A DNA stretch of 64,000 nucleotides from Cyanobacteriota bacterium (lineage in GTDB: Bacteria > Cyanobacteriota > Cyanobacteriia > Thermostichales > Thermostichaceae): assembly GCA_033764955.1 (NCBI GenBank), contig JANRIL010000044.1, forward strand, positions 32,001 to 96,000. The letters run 5' to 3'. The translations under genes and the position numbers were made by a program. Positions 11,854-22,601 of the stretch are shown one piece after another; position 1 is the stretch's first letter; each line of letters begins with the position of its first letter. The notes below the pieces were generated by a model. It did not search any database and was not told where the DNA came from. It saw only the letters and a list, made by a program, of their open reading frames with translations.

Positions 11854-14043
11854 CTAGCGGTTCCCCCAACGCAGCACTCCCCATAGATTTGAGTAGTCAT
11901 CCGTCCAGAGGGGATCCGTGGGCTGAGGGGTTAATCGCTGCCAGCGGGAGTCGGAGGCCAGCCTCGCCAAATCAGCATCCTCAGGACTTGCCATCACCAC
12001 CCATTCGGAGGGCAAGTGACCGTTTTGCTGGGCGACAAGCGGCAGGGATAGATCCCCCTGGTGCCAAGCCCATAGGTTTTCTTGGGCGGCCAGTCTCGCC
12101 AGGAGGGGAGCAAGCTCTAAATAGCGATTGGTGATATTGAAGATCAGCCACCCGTGGGGATTGAGGTGGGCTTGATAGATCTGGAGGGCTTCGTGGGTGA
12201 GCAAATGCACCGGCACGGCATCGGAACTAAAGGCATCCAAGACAATCCAGTCATAGTGGGTGGTGCTGGCCTCCAGGCTCAATCGTCCATCCCCTACAAT
12301 CACCTCGACCGCCGCCTCGGCCTGAGATAGATAGGGAAAATAGTGGCGGGCAAGCTCTTCGACCAGCGGGTCAATCTCAAAAAACGTCCAGGATTGCTGG
12401 GGGGTGGCATAGGCCATGAGGGTACCAATTCCCAAGCCCAAGACCCCTATCGTTGTTAGGGATCCCTGGGGGCGAGCCGCAAACAGTTGCCCGACGGGGC
12501 CAGCTTGCGTGAAATAGGTGAGGGGTAGGGTGGGCTGATCCAGATTGACCATGCCGTGTAAAGTCGTGCCATGCAAGAGTCGCCGCCAACGGGGAGTGGG
12601 GGAGGCGGAGTCAGCAGGTTGTGCACTTTCTACCACCCGATATAGCCCAAAGAAACTGCGTTGGCTGTCTACCACCTCGGCACTCAAGCCGATCAGGGGT
12701 TGACTGAGCAGCAGCAGCAACAGGCCAGCACCGATCGCCTGTGCCCAGCGCGGTATCCTCAACACCTGGCTGATCCCCCAGCCCAGACCGATCACCAGTA
12801 AGCGTCCGATCCATCCCTGTTGCCACGAACTGGGATCCCAACCCAGCAGTAAAACGGGTACCAGCAACCCCAAGCTGAGGGGAGGGATCCCTCGCCAGAA
12901 CCTAGGGATCGCTGACCACCCGGATAACAACAAGACGGATAGCAGCAGGGCAAAGGGATATTCCACCACACTGTTGAACAGTAAAGGGGCAACAATCGCG
13001 TTGAAGATCCCCCCCACCCCCCCGCCCAGGGCAATCCAGAGATAAAATTCGGTCAGATAGGTGGCAGAGGGGCGCAGGCGAGCCAGTTGCGCGTGGGCAT
13101 TCCAGGTGGCCACCCCAAAGGTGAGCAAATGCAGTGGCAACAGCAGCCCAGCCGGACGGACGATATTCAAAACTTGCGCCCCCAGTACGAGCGTCACCAA
13201 GCCGGGGAGGATGCCTGTCCAGATCGCTGACGGCCAGTGGGGATCCCGCCCAAACACCGCCATAAAGGTTGCCAGATAGAGGGCAAGCGGAATTGCCCAC
13301 AGCAGGGGAATCGCGGCAATATCGGTGGTTAGATAAGTGGTGACCCCCAGCAACAAACTGGAGGGAATCGCCGCCAAAATCCCCCAGCGCCAGCGCTCCC
13401 GCCAAGTGGGTGGAGGCGAGGGATCCCCTTCTCCCGCCGGATCTTTCTCCTGATCGGCACGAGCCGGGGATCCCTTCAGGTTCAACATCATCACACCAAT
13501 GCCCAGCGCCAGCAGTCCATAACCCCAACTCCAAAGGGAGCGTTGCTGCGTGAGAGAGAGCAGAGGTTCCAAAAGCAAGGGATAGCCCAACAATCCCAAC
13601 AGACTGCCCGCATTGCTGGCCACATAGAGAAAATAGGGATCCCGACTGGGGGCATGGAGGCTAAACCACCGTTGGAAGAGAGGCGCTGTGATAGCCAAAC
13701 AAACAAAGGGGAGTCCGACGGTCAAAGTCAGCACCGCCAATAACCAGAGAATGGGTTGATCGATCGATAAAACGGGGAAGCGCAGTCCAATCGGTAAACT
13801 CAGAGCGGCCAAACCCCAGAACAGCAGGTAACCGATCCGTTGTTGAGCAAAGCTTCTCCATTGACTCAGCCAATTTGCATAGCTATAGCCCAGCAGCAAC
13901 GCCATTTGAAAAAAGAGGAGGCAGGTATTCCAGACGGCTGGGGATCCCCCCAAGAGAGGCAAAACCAGCTTGCCCACCATCAACTGCACCCAAAACAGCA
14001 AAAAGGCACTGAAAAAAACAAGACCAGAAACGAGAATTAGCAA
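11854..14043 (-). CDS. Fused multi-TM membrane protein / spermidine-synthase-like methyltransferase
   Basis: Many TM helices, then HGTTLHG, VLGLGIG, FFEIDP, GDGR, LDAFSSD, WTDDYSN. Confidence 0.85.
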   Translation of the reverse strand: MLILVSGLVFFSAFLLFWVQLMVGKLVLPLLGGSPAVWNTCLLFFQMALLLGYSYANWLSQWRSFAQQRIGYLLFWGLAALSLPIGLRFPVLSIDQPILWLLAVLTLTVGLPFVCLAITAPLFQRWFSLHAPSRDPYFLYVASNAGSLLGLLGYPLLLEPLLSLTQQRSLWSWGYGLLALGIGVMMLNLKGSPARADQEKDPAGEGDPSPPPTWRERWRWGILAAIPSSLLLGVTTYLTTDIAAIPLLWAIPLALYLATFMAVFGRDPHWPSAIWTGILPGLVTLVLGAQVLNIVRPAGLLLPLHLLTFGVATWNAHAQLARLRPSATYLTEFYLWIALGGGVGGIFNAIVAPLLFNSVVEYPFALLLSVLLLSGWSAIPRFWRGIPPLSLGLLVPVLLLGWDPSSWQQGWIGRLLVIGLGWGISQVLRIPRWAQAIGAGLLLLLLSQPLIGLSAEVVDSQRSFFGLYRVVESAQPADSASPTPRWRRLLHGTTLHGMVNLDQPTLPLTYFTQAGPVGQLFAARPQGSLTTIGVLGLGIGTLMAYATPQQSWTFFEIDPLVEELARHYFPYLSQAEAAVEVIVGDGRLSLEASTTHYDWIVLDAFSSDAVPVHLLTHEALQIYQAHLNPHGWLIFNITNRYLELAPLLARLAAQENLWAWHQGDLSLPLVAQQNGHLPSEWVVMASPEDADLARLASDSRWQRLTPQPTDPLWTDDYSNLWGVLRWGNR

Positions 14044-14220
14044 AGCAAGCTAGGCTCCAGGTCAAGGGATCCCTGTTTATCTTAGTGATCCTAGTCAGCA
14101 AATCCACCCCTTCTCCAGACGGATCTGGCTATTCAATCGAAACCGTGGGAGCCTGGGCTGAGTCTAATCACTGATCACAAGTCATTGGCCAATCCACAGT
14201 TCTGCACAGAGGAGATGGAC

Positions 14221-15282
14221 ATGGGCAAGCACTTTCCGCCACATTTATGGACACTGGTATTCAGCAGCTTGAGCCTGCTATTGCCCGCTTGTCTTGCTCA
14301 AGATGCTTCGCTCTCTAAAGTTTTGCCAACCCAGGCAGAGCCCCTTTCGTTATCCGCCTCTGCTCAATCCACGACCATCTCATCTACCCGTTTGCGACAG
14401 GCCGCTCGTTACTCCGCTCGCAAGGGAGGATTATCGATGGTGGTTTGGCAGGGCAATCGGATCCTTTTTGAGCAATATGAACGGGGCTTTAGTGCCGACA
14501 GTGCCCACCCCATCTACAGTGGAACCAAAAGTTTTGTGGGAGTGCTGGCAATAGCCGCCAGTATGGATGGTCTGCTCAGCTTTGAGGAGTTGGTCTCAGA
14601 CACGATTCAAGAGTGGCAAGCTGATCCGCAACGGTCTGAGGTGACAATTCGCCAACTCTTGCAGTTGATCAGTGGGGTGGATTCTGGAGAACTTGGTCAA
14701 CCTCCCACCTATGCTGAGGCGATTGCCTATCCGAGTCTGGCGCAGGCAGGCACAACCTTTGATTATGGGCCTGTTCCTTTTCAGGTATTTGGTGAGTTGA
14801 TGCGGCGCAAGCTGCTGGCAGAAGGGAAAGATTTGCCCACTTACTTGCAGCAACGCATTTTTGACCCTTTGGGCATCACCTGGGCAGATTGGGAAGTGGG
14901 GGAGGACGGCTACTGGAATGTATCGTCGGGAGCGGTCATGCAGCCCCAAGCATGGGGAACCTTTGGCCTGTTGCTGCTGGGGCAAGGGGAATGGCAGGGG
15001 GAGACGATTTTGGATGCTCAGCTCTTGGCCAGTAGTTGGCAAGGGACGGATCCCAATCCTGGCTATGGCACCACATTTTGGTTAAATGCCCCAGGCATCC
15101 TACCCGATGATCAACCGGGGAACCCGATAGGGGCGGGGCCAAGCGACACGGTGATGGCCGCCGGAGCCGCCGGACAACGGCTTTATGTGATCCCTTCCCA
15201 GGATGTGGTGATCGTCAGGCAGGGCTTGGCGTTGCGAGGGGAGTTTGTGGACGCTGATTTTTTAAGAATTTTATTTCCCTAG
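14221..15282 (+). CDS. Serine hydrolase, beta-lactamase class C family (probable lipoprotein)
   Basis: SGTK (SxxK), F-D-Y motif, AAGAAGQ; LPAC lipobox-like signal. Confidence 0.85.
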   Translation: MGKHFPPHLWTLVFSSLSLLLPACLAQDASLSKVLPTQAEPLSLSASAQSTTISSTRLRQAARYSARKGGLSMVVWQGNRILFEQYERGFSADSAHPIYSGTKSFVGVLAIAASMDGLLSFEELVSDTIQEWQADPQRSEVTIRQLLQLISGVDSGELGQPPTYAEAIAYPSLAQAGTTFDYGPVPFQVFGELMRRKLLAEGKDLPTYLQQRIFDPLGITWADWEVGEDGYWNVSSGAVMQPQAWGTFGLLLLGQGEWQGETILDAQLLASSWQGTDPNPGYGTTFWLNAPGILPDDQPGNPIGAGPSDTVMAAGAAGQRLYVIPSQDVVIVRQGLALRGEFVDADFLRILFP

Positions 15283-15306
15283 AAAAATGGTTCTTTATCC
15301 GAATCC

Positions 15307-15768
15307 TTACTGCCATTCGGGCTTGAGGGTGGCAAAGTTTCCTTGGTCTGTTCCCAGATGACAATCAACACAACTGGTCACCCGCACGGGGCGAGGAAAA
15401 TCCACTTGCAGATGCAGGGCTTTGAAATAGCGAGAGTCTGCCAACCGGAAGGGAACCGACTCCCGCGTCAGCAACGATTTTGAGTTTTGTTTCAGGTAGT
15501 TCCAGGCCAATTGCAGAGGGACACCCGTGGGTAAGGGAATCTGCTGTCCATAGTGATTGTTATCCAAGAGCAGGCGTTGCCAGGTTTGGCTGGGCATGAC
15601 TTCGGCGGGCAAAGCCAGATGGCAGCTGCCACAGGCTTGCACATAATTACTTTGCTCGATTTGGGCTTGGGTCAGGGAGGACTGGGCAGCAACCTGCCAA
15701 CCCAAGAGTAGCGAGATAGCCAGGATCCCGATTCCGATCCTCAAGCGATAGTGGCGGTAGGGTCGCAT
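15307..15768 (-). CDS. Dihaem cytochrome c family protein
   Basis: Signal peptide, two CxxCH motifs (CGSCH, CVDCH), HYG axial motif. Confidence 0.85.
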   Translation of the reverse strand: MRPYRHYRLRIGIGILAISLLLGWQVAAQSSLTQAQIEQSNYVQACGSCHLALPAEVMPSQTWQRLLLDNNHYGQQIPLPTGVPLQLAWNYLKQNSKSLLTRESVPFRLADSRYFKALHLQVDFPRPVRVTSCVDCHLGTDQGNFATLKPEWQ

Positions 15769-15876
15769 GGCTAGTCTCTCCTTGGTTTGGTAAGCCTGTC
15801 ATCCATCATCCACCCCTTTAGACGGACTGGCTTTTGACGATAGTTCCTCTCCCCCACTCAGGTGGCATTGGGGAAG

Positions 15877-17097
15877 CTAGGGGCTAGGGGATCCCTCGAC
15901 CATCACCGGAACGGCAGAATTGAGGGTGGTGCCATTGCCCAGTTGTCCAGACAGGTTATATCCCCAGCAACGGGCGGTTTGATCGGTGAGCAAAGCACAG
16001 CTATGCCCCTCTCCCAAACTGAGGGCAATCGCGGGGGGCAAGCCCTTAACCGTGACAGGAATCGGGGAGCTTTGGGTGGTACCATCCCCCAACTGACCTA
16101 AAATATTGGCTCCCCAACACTTTACCGCCCCACCTGCCACCACCGCACAGGCATGGTAACTGCCCGCTGCAATCGCCTGAGCCTCGCCGATCCCATTCAC
16201 AAAAACGGCTGCCCCCGGCACATCCAGGGATCCATTGCCCAGTTGCCCAAAATCATCCACCCCCCAGCACCGCACCCGCCCATCCCGCAAGAGGGCGCAG
16301 GTGAACCGGTTTCCCGCCGCCAATCCCTGCCCATTCACGACCCCTTGCATCGGTATCGGCTGATAGGATCCCGAACCCAAGCCAAAATCTCCCCAACAAC
16401 TGACCCCTCCGGTTGGCAACAAGCCACAGGTATGGACAGCCCCCGCCGCCACCCCCACCACCGCCCCCAGATGGCGTACCGCCACGGGCTGAGCCGCCGC
16501 CGTCCCCGCATCTACAATCGTGCCCACCTGCCCTAACAGATTGGATCCCTGGCAATAGATGGCGGGTGGCTGCGACAAAAAACAGGCATGATGTCGCCCC
16601 AGCGAGATGGACTGGACGGGATCCCCCAGAGGGACGGCGGTGGGTTGAGGGGTATGAACGGCGCTCACCTCCCCAGAGGGCAACCTATCGGATCCCCAGC
16701 AAACAGCCTGCCCGGTTGCACGCAAGGCACAGGTTTGGGATCCCTCAGCGGCGATGCCAATCACCTGACCCACCCCTGCCACCCGCACCGGACGTAAAAC
16801 GGGCTGCTGAGCAGACAAGCCCAACTGCCCCTGTTGATGGGATCCCCAACAAAACACCTCTCCCCCCACCGACACGCCACAGGTGTGCTGTCCGCCCGCT
16901 GCAATCGCCTTGAAGGTCAAGCTCTCAGCAGAATAGCTGGCTTGACCACCCACCGACTGACTGAGCAGCAGAAAACCCACACCGCCCCATAGCCAGCCAT
17001 AGGGATCCCGCCACCCCAAAATAGGCCGCAGAGAATTTCTGCCCGCCAGGGCTGAGCTAGTCAATCTAGAAAAAAAGAACCCAAACAAATCAGGCAA
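15877..17097 (-). CDS. RCC1-repeat beta-propeller protein (start uncertain)
   Basis: About 7 repeats of AAG-x-x-HTC...G-x-V-x-CWG-x-N-x-x-GQLG. Confidence 0.88.
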   Translation of the reverse strand: MPDLFGFFFSRLTSSALAGRNSLRPILGWRDPYGWLWGGVGFLLLSQSVGGQASYSAESLTFKAIAAGGQHTCGVSVGGEVFCWGSHQQGQLGLSAQQPVLRPVRVAGVGQVIGIAAEGSQTCALRATGQAVCWGSDRLPSGEVSAVHTPQPTAVPLGDPVQSISLGRHHACFLSQPPAIYCQGSNLLGQVGTIVDAGTAAAQPVAVRHLGAVVGVAAGAVHTCGLLPTGGVSCWGDFGLGSGSYQPIPMQGVVNGQGLAAGNRFTCALLRDGRVRCWGVDDFGQLGNGSLDVPGAAVFVNGIGEAQAIAAGSYHACAVVAGGAVKCWGANILGQLGDGTTQSSPIPVTVKGLPPAIALSLGEGHSCALLTDQTARCWGYNLSGQLGNGTTLNSAVPVMVEGSPSP

Positions 17098-17121
17098 GGG
17101 AATTGTTCAAATCAATGACCA

Positions 17122-18243
17122 CTAGAACTCCGTCTGGGCAGAGTCCAGCAGCGATTGTAACTGATCGAGGGCTTCCTGGGCAGATTGAGCCTGCTCCGAA
17201 AGGGACTGTACTACCTGGGTGCTGGATTGAGCTGCCGTCACGGTACTGCTACTCTTGCGTTGAATCCGATCCGCCAATCCCCGAATTCGGCTACTGGCTT
17301 CTGTGGTGCGCCCTGCTAATTTACGAATTTCTTGGGCAATGGCGCCAAAGCCCCCGACCGAACTACCGGAACGATTGGCTTCCACGGCGGCGTTAAAGGA
17401 GAGCAGGCGGATGTATCCGGCCACTTCCACAATCAAGTCAGCGATGGTGTTGATTTCCCGTAACTCCGTTTGCAGATCTTGACTACTGCGGGAGATTTCT
17501 TCCGCCAGACTCCGCACGGCTTCCACCCCTTCAAACGTGGCCGCAAAGGTGGATCGCCCTTTTTGCGAAAGCAGTGTACTGATATCCAAAATGCGCGAGT
17601 TGAGCATCGCCAACTCTTCAGAACGAGCTTGAGCCGCCTGTCGCTCCACTTCCAGCGCCAGATTTTGTGCCAAAATTTCCGACTGCTGCCGCTCTAGATC
17701 CTGGGCATAGCGTTGACTGCGTACCCGTTCCTTTTCCAAAACCACCATCACCTGCTTCATATTGTCTTGCTGCTCTTCAATCTTGCGCTTGGTTGCCAGG
17801 TGGACTTGTGCTTGTGCCACCAATAAAATGGGCAGATCCAGGAGGCGATAGTCATTGGGGGCATATTCCACCACAACGGGGTCATAGATTGTTTCTTCGG
17901 GGCGCTGAAAAGCCAGAGTGGAGGCATCCACAACATTGCTCTCCCCTGGCAACAAGATAAAGTCCCGTTGGTGATATTCAATCATTGAGCTAATCGGACG
18001 CTTCAGAAACACATCCAGACCATAGGGGCGACTGAGCATCCACTCCAAGATGGCTCGCCGCGTCAACATCCCCAACAGCTCGCCATCCCGCAGCACCACC
18101 ACTCCACAGAGTTTGTTGTCGTCCTCAAGGCGGCGGACGACGTTTTCACAGGGAGTCTCCTCCGTCACCTGAAAATCGATTAAATCGAGGTCTTTGAGCT
18201 TGGCATCGGTGGAGAGTTCGTTCATGGTTACAACGGTTGTCAT
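17122..18243 (-). CDS. Soluble chemoreceptor: CBS-like N-terminus, coiled coil, methyl-accepting signalling domain
   Basis: LLSFNAAVEANR...GFGAIAQEIRKLA MCP hairpin; N-terminal GVVVLRDGELLGMLTRR CBS-like; no TM segment. Confidence 0.8.
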   Translation of the reverse strand: MTTVVTMNELSTDAKLKDLDLIDFQVTEETPCENVVRRLEDDNKLCGVVVLRDGELLGMLTRRAILEWMLSRPYGLDVFLKRPISSMIEYHQRDFILLPGESNVVDASTLAFQRPEETIYDPVVVEYAPNDYRLLDLPILLVAQAQVHLATKRKIEEQQDNMKQVMVVLEKERVRSQRYAQDLERQQSEILAQNLALEVERQAAQARSEELAMLNSRILDISTLLSQKGRSTFAATFEGVEAVRSLAEEISRSSQDLQTELREINTIADLIVEVAGYIRLLSFNAAVEANRSGSSVGGFGAIAQEIRKLAGRTTEASSRIRGLADRIQRKSSSTVTAAQSSTQVVQSLSEQAQSAQEALDQLQSLLDSAQTEF

Positions 18244-18714
18244 AAGAGTACCTCTATGGAAAAGCCCTGCTCTGACCGCTCAAGTTAGTATTAGCTCAAG
18301 ATCTACCTCTAAGAACCGGGAAATTTAGGCCACAGCTACCCCCAATCTCCTTCTCCCTATTTTTAGAAGCCTATGCAGACTGAGAGGCTTCATTCTAGGA
18401 GGTAGACAATAGGAGTTGGACAGAGGATGGCTAACAAAAATGATGGGCAGTAAGGATCCAACCCCTCGGAGCAAGCTTCTCCGTAGTCATTCCTGCCTTA
18501 TCAGTAAATCTTTTAACTCTTATTTAACACGAAGTCTGAGCGGCGATAGTTAAGCGGCGCTTAAGGGAAGCCTCAACAAAGGGTTGTCCCCAGAAAATTG
18601 TTACTAAAAACCTAGTTTAGGAGGGGAAAGCGGGATCCGGTTCCCCCACAGCCTGAAGGAGATTTTTCAGATTGTCCAAAGGGGTGTGGACTCGCGATGG
18701 TGACCCCTTCAGGG

Positions 18715-19230
18715 TTATTGAGGGGGATCCTGGGTTTCGGCTGGAGGGGGGGTAGGTCTAGACTGGGATCCCGTCAGCATCGCCTGTAACAACAGCAATC
18801 CTACCCCCAGGTTGATGGCTACATCCGCCACATTAAAGACAGGAAATTGGATGGCAATCACATTCAAGAAATCCACGACGTATCCGGTGGCAAAACGGTC
18901 GATGCCGTTGCCCACAGCTCCCGCCAAAATCAGACCATAACCGATTTGTTCCCGCCGAGGCAGGGGAAAGCGCAGGGCGAAGATCAGCAACCCCACCGCC
19001 ACCGCCAACGAGATCCACTTGAGAAAGCCCCCCGACTCCTGAAACAGACTCCAGGCAGCTCCCGTATTTTCCACATAGGTGAGGTGAAACACCCCTGGCC
19101 ACAGTTCGATCTCTGGTCCTGGCAACAACCGTGCCACTGCCCACTGCTTGGTGAGGCGATCCAAAAGAATGGCGACAAGCGCCGCCAGCCAAAACCCAGG
19201 GTTAGGGAGACGAGTCAATCGGGCAATCAA
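18715..19230 (-). CDS. lspA: Lipoprotein signal peptidase II
   Basis: DRLTK, NTGAAWS, GNGIDR, VVDF, FNVAD. Confidence 0.95.
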   Translation of the reverse strand: MIARLTRLPNPGFWLAALVAILLDRLTKQWAVARLLPGPEIELWPGVFHLTYVENTGAAWSLFQESGGFLKWISLAVAVGLLIFALRFPLPRREQIGYGLILAGAVGNGIDRFATGYVVDFLNVIAIQFPVFNVADVAINLGVGLLLLQAMLTGSQSRPTPPPAETQDPPQ

Positions 19231-19306
19231 GGGATCCTCACCAGCAACAGCACAAACTCAATCGAAGGGCAGCATCATGACTAGCGGATCCCTATCCTAA
19301 ACCGAG

Positions 19307-20521
19307 CTAGGGGGTTTCGGTTTGTTGCCAAGCCCACTGTGCGGCCAACCAGACCGTTTGGACGGGAACTTTGGCCTGTCCTGCTAGTTTGGCACAATCC
19401 CGAAACTCCGGTTGCCCATTCACAATCTGCCCGTACTGGCGAGCCACTTTCATCCCCACCTCCCCATAGCGAGTGGAAACCTTGACTATTTCTCGCGCCA
19501 GCAGGGTGCGTTGTTGCTGGCAACGGCGGATCCCGAGGGTGGTGGTTTCGCGGAAGATAATCTGTTCGCACAAGCTGGCACGGTCGGGTGGCACGATCAC
19601 GCTCAAGAGAGTGGCTGAGCGGCTTTGTTTCATGGTGATAGCTTGGGTAAACACATCGAGGGCACCCGCTTGAAACAATTGATCAAAGACATAGCCAATG
19701 ATCTGAGGGTTGAGATCATCAATTTGGGTTTCTAGGAGGGTGACGGTTTCCGTCAGATCGAGACCGCTGCTTTCCCCTAGCCATAAGCGAAGAATGTTGG
19801 GAATGGCGAATTCTTTGGTGCCGGCTCCCCGCCCGACTTTTTCCACCCGCAGGGCAGGACAGGGGCCAAAATCACTGGCTAGGGTGACGGCCAGGGCGGC
19901 TCCTGTGGGGGTGACCAGTTCCGCTTCAATGCCATTGCTATAGACGGGCACACGGGCATCTTCCCAGAGTTGAATGACGGCGGGTACGGGTACGGCCAAC
20001 TGACCGTGAGCCACCTGCACCCAACCTCCCCCGATCGGATGGGGAGAGCAGATCAGTTTTTCCACCTTGAGCCAGTCCAACCCCAGGCAGGTGCCAACAA
20101 TATCTACAATCGCATCCACCGCTCCCACCTCATGAAAATGCACCTTGGTGATGGGTTGCTGATGCACTTTGGCTTCCGCTTGCGCCAGTTTATAAAAAAC
20201 CTCCTGGCTGCGGAGCTTGGCCTGGGGAGGCAGCGTAGCTGATTCGATCATCTGGCGAATTTCCGGCCAGTGGCGGGCATGGGGATGGTCATGATGGGAT
20301 CCCTGGGCATGGGCATGTTCTGACATGACATCGACGAAGACATGTTTGGCGGGTTGGCCGCAGCGATGCACATCGCTCACCGTCAGTTGAAATTCTCCGG
20401 CTAAGCCTAGGCCGCGCAACTGCTGGGTGAGATAGTCAATCGGTACTCCACAATCAATTAGCGCCCCCAAGCACATGTCTCCGGCAATGCCTGCTGAGCA
20501 ATCTAAATAGGCAAGTTTCAT
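19307..20521 (-). CDS. larC: Nickel pincer cofactor biosynthesis protein LarC
   Basis: GIAGDMCLGAL, His-rich insert, VHFHEVGAVD, ELVTPTGAA, ETTTLGIR. Confidence 0.93.
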   Translation of the reverse strand: MKLAYLDCSAGIAGDMCLGALIDCGVPIDYLTQQLRGLGLAGEFQLTVSDVHRCGQPAKHVFVDVMSEHAHAQGSHHDHPHARHWPEIRQMIESATLPPQAKLRSQEVFYKLAQAEAKVHQQPITKVHFHEVGAVDAIVDIVGTCLGLDWLKVEKLICSPHPIGGGWVQVAHGQLAVPVPAVIQLWEDARVPVYSNGIEAELVTPTGAALAVTLASDFGPCPALRVEKVGRGAGTKEFAIPNILRLWLGESSGLDLTETVTLLETQIDDLNPQIIGYVFDQLFQAGALDVFTQAITMKQSRSATLLSVIVPPDRASLCEQIIFRETTTLGIRRCQQQRTLLAREIVKVSTRYGEVGMKVARQYGQIVNGQPEFRDCAKLAGQAKVPVQTVWLAAQWAWQQTETP

Positions 20522-20563
20522 AAGCTTGAGCGTCTCGATGAGCTTGTTCTGGCTGTAACCCTA

Positions 20564-22519
20564 TTATTTATCCCGTTCAATACCGCCGCGCACCTCTGTC
20601 TCCCCCTCTGGCCCCTCCCAATTAAAGTTGTCAATCCGCAGTTCGACAGCTCCGGTTTGCCGAACCGGATTAAACTGTACCGACAGGCCGTAGGTGCGGC
20701 GGTCATAGCCTAGGGTATAGGTGGTATCTACCCGTTGTCCCGATTGCAAATCCACAGTAGTTTGTGCCCCAACTCGGATCGGTCCATAAATTTGCTGGAG
20801 AAAGCCAAGAATGAGTTGTTCACGGGTGGTAATCCGGTCAAACAAAAAGGGAGATGCCCCCGCCAAAAAACCGTTGGAATAGGTAACGTTAATATTGGTG
20901 AAATCAAACGCATCCGCTTGAAAATCTCCCAAAATAGCGTTGAAGCCAATCGTGCCTGACACATAGCTTTGGGCTTTGCCATCGGAGTAAAACGACTGAC
21001 TGCTACTCACCCCCGTATTCAGCCACAATCCCTGCTCAATCGGCGTCGGACTAAACCGCAGCGTCATGGGGGATCCAACCGCTAGGGATCCCTCTGTTTC
21101 GGCTTCCGGCGACCAAAGGGCAAAGGAACGGCTGAGGGCTGTGCCCAGTTGCAGGCGGGAGAGTTGTAGGCGTTCGGTGGTGGTTTTCGCCAAAGTCGGA
21201 TCGGCGTCAATTTCGGCTTGACCGAGGGCATCAATTTGATCGGCAGAAATTTGATAGCTGAGATCGATCCCCGTTTCTCCCATCGGAATGACGGGGGAAC
21301 TGTAGGTGACCCCCAACCGATTTTGCACGATCTGAAACCCCAGCAACCCGCTAAAAAAGCGTTGACGATGGGCGTAGGTATAGGTGACTTGGCCGCCATC
21401 CCCCGTCGGAATTCGTTGTTCGATCTGTATCCGAAGGCGATCCGCCAATTCTTCAAAGACGAGGCCGCGCAGTTCGGCCAAAACATGGGTAGCTTGGCCG
21501 TCGGGATAGGCAACCCGCAGCCTGGTTTGCACCCCCACCCCATCCAGCAACCCTTGATTACTGCCCAATAACCGTTGCGGATACAGTTGGGGGGAGAGAA
21601 CGAAGCTAAAACGGGGATCCCTAGATAGCTCAAAGTTGGGCTGAATCGTCAAGCCTCGCCGCTGATCTTCGCGGTCGAAGTCATCATAAAAAATCGAGAT
21701 GGGTGTTTGCCGCTGAAATTGATCGAGGCGAAAGCGAAGGGGGACGGGCAGAAAAAAAGCCTGGTCAAAAGCCAGTTGACCCGCCTCAGCGTTGATAATG
21801 CTGCTGCCATCCGCTTGTCGTTGGGAGGTGACTAGAGGACTGCGGATTTCGAGTTCCGGCGGATCGAGGGGATCGTTGGTAATGCGAACATTTTCTCCCT
21901 GCCAGTTTTGGGCATCAAACCGAATCCGCTCCGCTCGAAAGCGAACGATACGCGCTCCAGGGCTGGGGGAAGGGCTGGGCAAGGGATCCCCGATCCGATC
22001 ATTGGTCAGTCCTGCGTTGCGGGTATCGCTGGGCAGGCTGGCGATATCAATCTCCCCGGAGGCTTGGTCGAGGGATCCCGTTTCTTGTGTGAAATCGTAG
22101 GTGAGGCGTTCTCCCCTAATCACTTGTTGTCCCAATTCCACCTGCACATTGCCCTCGGCGGTGACGGTGCGTTGCTTGAGATCAATCCGCATCCGCTCGG
22201 CTCGCAACCGCGAACGCCCCAGTTTCATCTCGACATTGCCAATCGCCTCAAACACCTCCTCCACCGGATTGAAGGTTTGCTGATCGGAGCGCAGTTGCAG
22301 AGCTTGGGCACTCAGGTGTAGCGCGGGGGCGGCGGGATCCGAGGGGGGTAGGGGGGTAGGAAGGGGCTGAAGCTGCTGAGCTTGGGGGAGGGGCTGACGC
22401 AGTTGCTGGGCTGCTGAGGGGGGCTGCTGAGCCATCAGGGATCCCTCTGGCCGGATAGGCAGGGTAGCCACAGCCAAGGGATCGGTGAATAAAGGCAGCA
22501 GGAGAGAAAAAAAAGGCAT
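20564..22519 (-). CDS. LptD/OstA-like outer-membrane assembly protein (DUF3769-type)
   Basis: N-terminal OstA-like beta-jellyroll (AEGNVQV...GERLTYDF), TNDPLDPPELE, C-terminal QQIYGP..RRTY..FNW. Confidence 0.75.
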   Translation of the reverse strand: MPFFSLLLPLFTDPLAVATLPIRPEGSLMAQQPPSAAQQLRQPLPQAQQLQPLPTPLPPSDPAAPALHLSAQALQLRSDQQTFNPVEEVFEAIGNVEMKLGRSRLRAERMRIDLKQRTVTAEGNVQVELGQQVIRGERLTYDFTQETGSLDQASGEIDIASLPSDTRNAGLTNDRIGDPLPSPSPSPGARIVRFRAERIRFDAQNWQGENVRITNDPLDPPELEIRSPLVTSQRQADGSSIINAEAGQLAFDQAFFLPVPLRFRLDQFQRQTPISIFYDDFDREDQRRGLTIQPNFELSRDPRFSFVLSPQLYPQRLLGSNQGLLDGVGVQTRLRVAYPDGQATHVLAELRGLVFEELADRLRIQIEQRIPTGDGGQVTYTYAHRQRFFSGLLGFQIVQNRLGVTYSSPVIPMGETGIDLSYQISADQIDALGQAEIDADPTLAKTTTERLQLSRLQLGTALSRSFALWSPEAETEGSLAVGSPMTLRFSPTPIEQGLWLNTGVSSSQSFYSDGKAQSYVSGTIGFNAILGDFQADAFDFTNINVTYSNGFLAGASPFLFDRITTREQLILGFLQQIYGPIRVGAQTTVDLQSGQRVDTTYTLGYDRRTYGLSVQFNPVRQTGAVELRIDNFNWEGPEGETEVRGGIERDK

Positions 22520-22601
22520 GACCCATCAAAAAGCGGGCGGAGGGAATAGAAACAACGCTCTAACGTTAGGGTAGCGGCAAGGCTGACTACTGGCTTGCTG
22601 A

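Noticed and set aside
16253..16913. Poly-Pro and poly-Gly ORFs overlapping the RCC1 gene
   Set aside because: Alternative-frame shadows of GC-rich Gly/Ala/Val codons in the RCC1 repeats
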